A stretch of DNA of 64,000 nucleotides from Eledone cirrhosa (lineage: Eukaryota): contig CAXHJY010000080.1 of the NCBI GenBank assembly GCA_964016885.1, positions 100,758 to 164,757 of the forward strand. The letters are read 5' to 3'. Numbering within the stretch: the first letter of the stretch is position 1; each line of letters begins with the position of its first letter. The translations under genes and the position numbers were made by a program. Below the pieces are notes generated by a model, which was not told the DNA's origin, searched no databases, and saw only the letters and a program-made list of their open reading frames with translations. Shown here one piece after another: positions 56,511-64,000 of the stretch.

Positions 56511-57084
56511 CCGTGTTTCCATTTACGTTTGTTTTGCAGCTTAATTCAACAAAAACAATGTTGATAAAATAAGTACCAGACTTGAATAAAATAATTACTG
56601 GGGCTAAAAATAAAACCATAAAATAAATTGAAATTAAATGATTATTTTAAATTTTGTGATTATCTACTATATTCTTTAAATTTATTATATTTATTTATTT
56701 ATTTAAATATCTAATATTAATTATTTTTGCTATTTCAGTGTGTGATATTATATTAAATTTTCTTTTTATTAACTGCTTTTTTTATTTCAATAATTAATGG
56801 CAAATTTGCTGGAAATGGTTTTTATTTTAAAATAAATATATGTAGTTATATTAATATGTAAAAAATAAATATATTTATATATATGTATACTTTTGAATAG
56901 TTCTCATCATTGTAATAGATTCAATTCAGAGATAATTACTACAGGAAGAAACTATGGAAGTAATATTTTATCATACTATTTTAGGTCTATTTTATTGTTC
57001 TTCTTGTTGATGTTATTTAATCAGTTATCAGAGTTGGAAATTGAACATTTTATATCATATCATATCATATCATTTTTTCAACAG

Positions 57085-57138
57085 CACCCCCATCTATTCC
57101 TCCTACTCCACCTCCTACCCCTAAACCAACAACACCTG
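57085..57138 (+). CDS. 54-nt Pro/Thr-rich exon (APPSIPPTPPPTPKPTTP)
   Basis: ttttttcaacAG|CACCCCCA...ACACCTG|GTaaga; phase 1-1. Confidence 0.85.
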
Positions 57139-58441
57139 GTAAGATTTTCACAAAACACGAATAATTCTACTAAAATACCTTGAAGCATGTAAAAATATTA
57201 TAAATGTTTAAACTTTAAAGTTGTTGTTGTTCAGTGCATAGCTTGAAGAAATTGCGAGAAGTGTTTATAAGTTATTGTTTCTTAAATAGAGTTGAGATGA
57301 TATCTTTGGGGAGGAAATATTTGCAACTAAATTACCACCTTACTTTCCACAAACTGACATCAACACTTAAAAAAATTACCATAAATAACAAAACACTTTG
57401 TCAATTATATCACAGAAGTTTCATTTCCCAAAACATAGCTGTTAAAATATATTTTGTGGTCAGGTTGCAAGCAATGCAATGAAAGTGTTGATACCAAGAA
57501 ATAAATGAGAGATGTAAAGTGAAGCTAACAGATTTTGTGTGTTGTTTGAATGTCAAAAATGACTTTTTACATAATGTAATTAATTTAGTTTTAACACAGT
57601 TTTAGATCATATCACTTGACAAACATTTATAATTCTGAGAATACACTACATGATTTAAATACATTTTTACTAATAATCTGCACATATTGAACTCTAATTG
57701 ATTCTACAACTATCCACTGAACACAAACCAATATTTATTTAGCAAAAGTGAAATAATGAAACCAGCATGTTTGACAATATTTTCTCTGTATTCAATATTA
57801 TAATCAGTCTAACCACTTTATCCTTGGAAAAATTAAGAGTTTAGTCTGATACAGCAAGTGTTCAAATCAGATATGCAGTTTGTTAGGGGAAGCAACCAAC
57901 ATATTTAATTGTACTGGTCTCATTAAATTTTATTGCTTGTCAGAAGATAAACTTGAAAAGAGTTTCCCAGCTAAGTCCCACACATGATTAATATCTTTAG
58001 GGGTTTCTGCCCTTAGCCAGTACATAATCTTTTATCTCTCTGTCTTCTATTTCATTAACCCCCCCCCCCCTCTCTCTACTAACTAGATACTTATATAAAT
58101 AAAACGCTTTTATAAAAAGATCATTTTGAGAGGAAAATATGTTTTTATATGATGCATGCCCTTCATTCTCTCAGTTCCCTTCTATTACACCCCCACACAC
58201 ACATTTGAAAAGAAGATATTTTACTTTTGTTGGACATCCCCTGGAACACTTCTTTCTACAAAATGTCTTCATTTCTTAACTGGTTTTCCTCCATGGCTTT
58301 CTCTCTCTCTCTCTCTATCTATCTCATATATACATATATATATCATCATTTTACATCCGCTTTTCCCTGCTTGTGATGATGATGATTTCATATGAATGAA
58401 ACAGTTCTAGTCCTGTAGAAACCATTTCTATATTAAATAAT

Positions 58442-58616
58442 TGTTTCTACTTTTGGCACAAGGCCAGCAATTATCCCAGTGTATTACTGGTACTTTATTT
58501 TATCGACCCCGTAAGGATGAAAGGCAAAGTTTACCTCGGTGGGATATGAACTCTGAATGGCAAGGGCCTTAACTCTATGCTTGGCGTCCAACCCTCTACC
58601 ATTACTGCTAATCCAC
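58442..58616 (-). mobile_element. tRNA-derived SINE, same family as 51929-52111, with 7-bp TSD
   Basis: Shared core ACTGGTACTTTATTTTATCGACCCCGTAAGGATGAAAGGCAAAG; AAATAAT at 58435-58441 and 58617-58623. Confidence 0.8.
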
Positions 58617-58689
58617 AAATAATGATGTTTACACTCTATTAGTGTATTGAGTACTTTTTCAAATATGGTTACCCTCGATTTCACTCAGT

Positions 58690-58802
<113 letters not shown>

Positions 58803-59075
58803 GGCTGGGGCAGCTTGTGTTAGGAGGAGGCATTATGTATCATTTCTACAACTTTGCATTACATTAGGCCATTTTAATTTCACTAGGTTTTGATTATCTG
58901 GGAGACAGATCAAGTCAATCTCCTGGATGTGATTAGTGTCAGTCTGCAGCCTGTTGATAGGACATATATAAATATATATTTGTCTGGAGGTTTTGAGCCA
59001 TTCAGGCAACAACTCAGAAGAGTTGTTAGTTTCAGATTAAATGCCTGTATATTTTCTTTTTTTTTTTTTGCATTT

Positions 59076-59143
59076 TGAGTTCAAATCCCACTACGGTCAA
59101 CTTTGCCTTTAACCCTTTTGGGATTGATAAAAATAGTACCAGT
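59076..59143 (+). mobile_element. SINE fragment, same family as 58442-58616, opposite orientation
   Basis: GAGTTCAAATCCC...CTTTGCCTTT...GATAAAAATAGTACCAGT is a reverse-complement match to the SINE core. Confidence 0.7.
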
Positions 59144-59327
59144 TCAGGCTGAGCTGATTCACAAGATTGTTAAGATGAATATCTGTTCTGGCTCTGTGCA
59201 TTCTGAGTTCAAATTCCACCACCTACCAATTAAAAAGCTGTGGCATTTCTGTCAGGTGTTGTGGTCAACAGACAGTTTCAGCAATGAGAATACCATCAAA
59301 CAATCTAATCCTCTTCTTTCTTTTTTT

Positions 59328-59510
59328 GTAGTCGTGCCCTTGGCAGTGGAGACTTCTGGTGTCCTTGACCCTAGGGCTACCTCCCTACTCACCACCATAA
59401 GCACTGAGCTGGCCAGCCGCAGGTGTGAGCCTTGCGAGTTGGAATGGCTCTTCCAGCGCATCTCCCTTACCATCATCCAGGGAAATGCCTTCTCCATTCT
59501 GTCTGCTGGG
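59328..59510 (+). mobile_element. 5'-truncated non-LTR retrotransposon fragment (C-terminus of restriction-like-endonuclease ORF, CRE-like)
   Basis: VPLAVETSGVL...WLFQRISLTIIQGNAFSIL matches the P-x-A-V-E-T-x-G...QRIS-x(4)-GNA-x-I motif of RLE-bearing LINEs; GC-rich island. Confidence 0.7.
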
Positions 59511-60017
59511 GCTGTAGAGAGGCCAGCATGTGGGACCCTATTTGCTCACCATACAGAGAGATGGGGAGGGCGAGCGAGATGGAGGTGATGACAGTGGGAG
59601 TGCAGCTGTTCTCTCATGTTTACTTAGGTTACTATTTTCTATTGTAAAAATAGTTACCATATTCCCAAAGTTGAGGTCACACAACGATGTGAATTCTTCT
59701 CAAAATATTTCTCATTAGTTTTAGTGGGCATTAATAGAGAGAAACACTTTCCTTTCCATATTTCTGGTCAATGTCAACATTGCACAAATGTAAGATCTGT
59801 GTGTTTACATATATTCATCTCATTCAGCAAATGTTTTGTGTGTGTGTGTTTTGTTCTTTTTTTCTCTTTTTCTCATTCCATTACCCCACTTAAGGACCTC
59901 TGCCTGAAACATTAAAACACATTTACATTTATCTGAGTCTAAAACTAACTGTGATAATGTTTATCTTCTCTTGTCTTCATGCTGTTACTTTTGTTAATAA
60001 CTCAATGTGTTGAGATA

Positions 60018-60154
60018 TTCATGTGCATGTATGTATGTGTGTGTGTATATATATATGTGTGTGTATATATATATATATATATATGTGTGTACATACACAC
60101 AATGAGTCGATATATTTATGTGCATGTATGTATGTGTGTGTGTGTATATATATA

Positions 60155-60185
<31 letters not shown>

Positions 60186-60241
60186 GTGTGTGTGTGTACA
60201 TACACACAATGAGTCGATGTATGTATGTCTGTGTGTATATA

Positions 60242-60292
<51 letters not shown>

Positions 60293-60475
60293 TCAATGTA
60301 TTGATATATTTATGTGCATGTATGTATGTGTGTGTGTGTGTATATATATATATACACTCAATGTATTGATATATTTATGCACATGTATGTATGTGTGTAT
60401 ATACACACTCATTGTGTCGATATATTTATGTGCGTGTAAGTATGTGTGTGTATACATACATATATATATATATAG
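60018..60475. repeat. Compound (TG)n/(TA)n satellite with longer-period internal repeat
   Basis: Recurrent blocks GATATATTTATGTGCATGTATGTATG(TG)n(TA)nCAC. Confidence 0.9.
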
Positions 60476-60645
60476 AATAGAAAACGAAAAATCAGTGATG
60501 CATCTGAACTCAATTTATTGTGTGTTACAATTGTTTCCCTGGCAGACAGCTTGAGACGCGATCATTGTGTGGATCTGTCTGATTCTGGACCCGCAGGTTC
60601 GACGGACACGTCTAATGATTTCAGAGCATATTCTCTCACTAGGTA

Positions 60646-60760
60646 TCACACACACACACACACACGTGTGTGTGTGTATGCATATATATATATATGTGTG
60701 TGTGTATGTTTGAGTTGTGTGTGTTGTATCTGCATGTATAAATATTTATGTGTGCATGTA
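60646..60760. repeat. (CA)n/(TG)n/(TA)n microsatellite
   Basis: Direct reading. Confidence 0.9.
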
Positions 60761-62400
60761 TAAAATAATGAAGATAATGTTTTAATGTCTCTAATATATT
60801 ACTATAGATGTATAATCTGTCTCTTGGTCTTTTTGTTCTGTTATTTTAATTAACTCTTTGTATTCTTTTGTCTGTTTTTAAATTGTTATTTGATGATGTT
60901 TTGTTACAATGTTTTCTGTAATATTTGTTCTAAGTATTTCCTTTTAGATTTCTCATTAAGCTATTGGGCTCTTGCTTATCTTTAGTTTCCATTGTATAAC
61001 TAATCAAGATAAGATTTTCCCTAGACACCTTCCTGCCGCCTCTGGTGTAAGCAGCTTCTCTCATATGGCTGCCTCTTGTTGCAACTTATTCAACAAATCT
61101 CACTGCTAAATAGCTGATATGGTCTGATCAAAGTATATCCACTGTGATAAGCCTTTATCAAAACATATGCATAGTGATGTTGTTAGACTTCTATCAGTTC
61201 TAATCCTGAGTGTTTATGCTGCTCAAATAAGAAGAGCCTATTCGTGAAATTCGTGTGTAAGTGGCTGGAATATATTTTAAAGAGAATCTAAAAACAATTG
61301 AACAGTAAAAAGAAATGTTCTTTTATTGATAAGTTAAATGTTTAATTTAATTAAATGTGGTAGATCTCTATACACTCAGAGAAATACAATAAGTTATAAA
61401 TCATTTACTATTGCAGTGAAAATATGATAGAAGCCCTGACCTGTAATAGACCTGCCAATATCTAAAAACCCAAACGGGGAGTACCATAAAAAATGTGCCT
61501 CAAAATAGGGAGATTTTACATAATGAAAGCTATACCCATTTTCACAAGAGAAGACTCCCAGAGTGAGTGGAAGATCTCCTCCTGGATAGAGAGAGTTGAT
61601 AGGTCTACTGTAATAGAAAACCATACACAGCTGAAATCAATGATATTAAACATGAAAGCCAGACCAAAAATCATATTAACTACTATATATTTTATTTACA
61701 GTAGTTTTAAGTTTTATTTTTAAAGAATTCTCCTTGAATTTAGATATTTGAAATCATTAGAAATAAAACAAATATTCATTTTCAATACAGTAGCTATATA
61801 CACTTATATAAGATTATATGTATTTTTGTTTTCTTATTTGTTGTAAATTATTGTATGTGCTGTCTGTTTTCTTGTTATTTAGTATTGTTAACTTTTTATA
61901 TGTTGGAACTAACATTTCATCTTGCTGTGTGAAGTACTCTGAATTCTAAAAAAATACAAATATATTAAAATTGTTTTAGCTTCTTCCAATGTACAGAAGT
62001 TATTTAAGTAGTACTGAAAATTGAAATCACAATTTCTAATTACTATATATTCTTTTTCCAACTCATACAAAGAAATACTAATTTTTATTCAGTTGTTTTG
62101 AAACTATCACTATTTAAATTACCTATTAATAGTTCAACAGTAAAATATATTTCTATATAATGAATATTATTTTTCAATTATCTCATGAATATCCATGAGG
62201 TATAGAAGTTTTCAAGTTAAAATGCATGCATTTAATTCCATGCACTTAGCATAGTTTTGAATACACTTTTTCTCTAATGTTCCTGTGAAGATGTATCAGT
62301 TGAAGTCTTGTAATCATTACTTTATAAGAAAACAATTAAGTTAAATCATAATTCTATAAGTGCTACTATTAAAAGCCATTATCTATATTCTCGTCCACAG

Positions 62401-62463
62401 CAACGCCTCCTCCACCTATTATATTATCCCCCCCTCCACTTCCTCCCTTTCCCCTAACCACTG
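62401..62463 (+). CDS. 63-nt Pro-rich exon (ATPPPPIILSPPPLPPFPLTT)
   Basis: attctcgtccacAG|CAACGCC...ACCACTG|GTaagc; phase 1-1. Confidence 0.85.
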
Positions 62464-63759
62464 GTAAGCTATTCTATTCAAATCTTTGAACTAAACATGA
62501 TTGAGCATGCAAGCATAAAATTTGTTTCCCCTGAGTAAAAAGAGATTTATATATAAGCATATGTAACAAAACAAATATATGTAATGTAAGAATACATTGC
62601 TGTTTTTTTTTTATTTTGGTGTACTGAATGAAAGAAAGCACACCATATATAAAGTAACTTTAAGAAAATTCAATATTTCCCTTCATTGTATCTTTTCGAG
62701 CATTTCAACTCCAAAGTTATTCTTAACTCTGTTACATTCATTTCCATCCTCTTGGCTTTTTCTCCTTTATTCCATTCATCATGGCTTTCTCAATCATGCA
62801 ATGATCACTGTTATTGGCTTTGAAAACTGTGGCATCATCTATTCAATATAAAAACTACATGTTCCCCTCCTCTAACACTACATTGTATTATCGACCAACT
62901 ACGTTCTATTCAATGATGAATGCTGCCTTGAATATTCTTAATTACTGCTTATATATGTTAAGTAACATCCTGACCTTTGCTCTCTCTTTCTGTCTGTCTG
63001 TCTATCTGTCTTTCTGTCTTTCTATCTCTCCCTCTCATTCATCAGTCATTATATCATGACATATAACAAAGACAATTATGTTGGTAATATGTTTATAAAA
63101 GCTGTAGGAAATAAGTATTTAAAATATAAAAGTATTTGTATATTTACTTGGTGTTAATACTTTGTAAACGTAAACCAACTCTTTCTTATCACACCTGTCT
63201 ATGGATCACCATTAATTATTTGGATCAATATTGTAATCATTGATCTCAGCCATGTGTTTATCGAATACAGAGACTCCTATCATGAAAACTCCCAAGGGTC
63301 CATCCATGGAATGCAACTTTATAAGATGCTGGTGTGAGCCTTAACAACAATAATACTTTTTGTGACCATATTTCTAATGAAATCCATTCTATTCTTTACT
63401 CCAATTAATAAATTAAGAATTTTTAGGGATTTACTAAAGTTATTAATCATTTCATTACTAAGATAATAACTTAACATATGGTTCTTACATAAAATTATCG
63501 AACAAGATTTTAATTTAAATAGGAACTCTTTAAAATGGGTGGTTCTGTTTCATTAAACCAGGGCCAGTTTTAGTCAGGTTAGTATCAAAGGGGCTACTAT
63601 CTAAAATTATAGTAATACTATAAATTTCACACATTATCAAAGGGTAAAATAAAAGGAAACCTTTCTTCTTTATCTGAAATTCAAACTTAAGTGCTCTTAA
63701 ATTATCTATCTCATAATATATAATTTCCAACTTGTTTCCTTAATAAACCAAAACCAAAG

Positions 63760-63810
63760 AACTAATTCTTTTCCCCACTCCTAGTACACAATTACCAGAT
63801 CCAGCTACTG
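63760..63810 (+). CDS. Probable 51-nt Pro/Thr exon (ELILFPTPSTQLPDPAT); acceptor uncertain (alternative 63799)
   Basis: Strong donor CTACTG|GTaaga; ccaaAG acceptor at 63758-63759 gives a stop-free phase 1-1 exon. Confidence 0.55.
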
Positions 63811-64000
63811 GTAAGATATATACTATTGTTTATAAACTCAGATTCTTTTATAACATGAAATACTAAAGTGTATTTAAAGAAAATTACTAAACCTTTATTG
63901 TAGAAATAGACATTTTCTATTTTCCTCTAGGGCAAATAATATTTCTTGGCAATATTCGTTGTGGAAATGATAATTTGCATGATATCTAAATATTGATTAA

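Noticed and set aside
59979-60763. Cluster of Y/I/C/V/H/T-rich ORFs
   Set aside because: Translations of TG/TA microsatellites.
61009-61046. Possible small exon near CCTTCCTGCCGCCTCTGGTGTAAG
   Set aside because: The best acceptor/donor pair is not frame-preserving, and the frame-preserving pair has weak sites.

Overview
AT-rich, intron-containing eukaryotic (animal) genomic DNA. The SINE-like repeats resemble octopus/cephalopod families; that taxon call is recognition from memory, not a search. Bases 1-~51,500 are a head-to-tail array of 17 nearly identical 2.8-3.3 kb exon-intron units inside one + strand gene that enters from upstream of the window. Each unit has a 45-nt Pro/Thr linker exon and a 570-nt von Willebrand factor A (vWA) exon with an intact MIDAS motif. 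All exons are phase 1-1, so they splice into one open frame. The 183-aa ORFs in the track are therefore internal exons, not separate genes. Ten units also carry a 57-nt exon absent from the ORF track (GGEIVTPSRVPIIETTRKR). It ends in a tribasic RKR and lies inside a 369-bp segment missing from the other seven units. The array therefore encodes about 3,675 aa of a poly-vWA protein with a patterned set of candidate convertase cleavage sites. After the array, the same frame continues through small Pro/Thr-rich phase-1 exons (55521, 57085, 62401, ~63760). These are separated by introns holding SINEs, a piggyBac-type MITE, a non-autonomous Helitron, a non-LTR retrotransposon fragment, a minisatellite and microsatellites.
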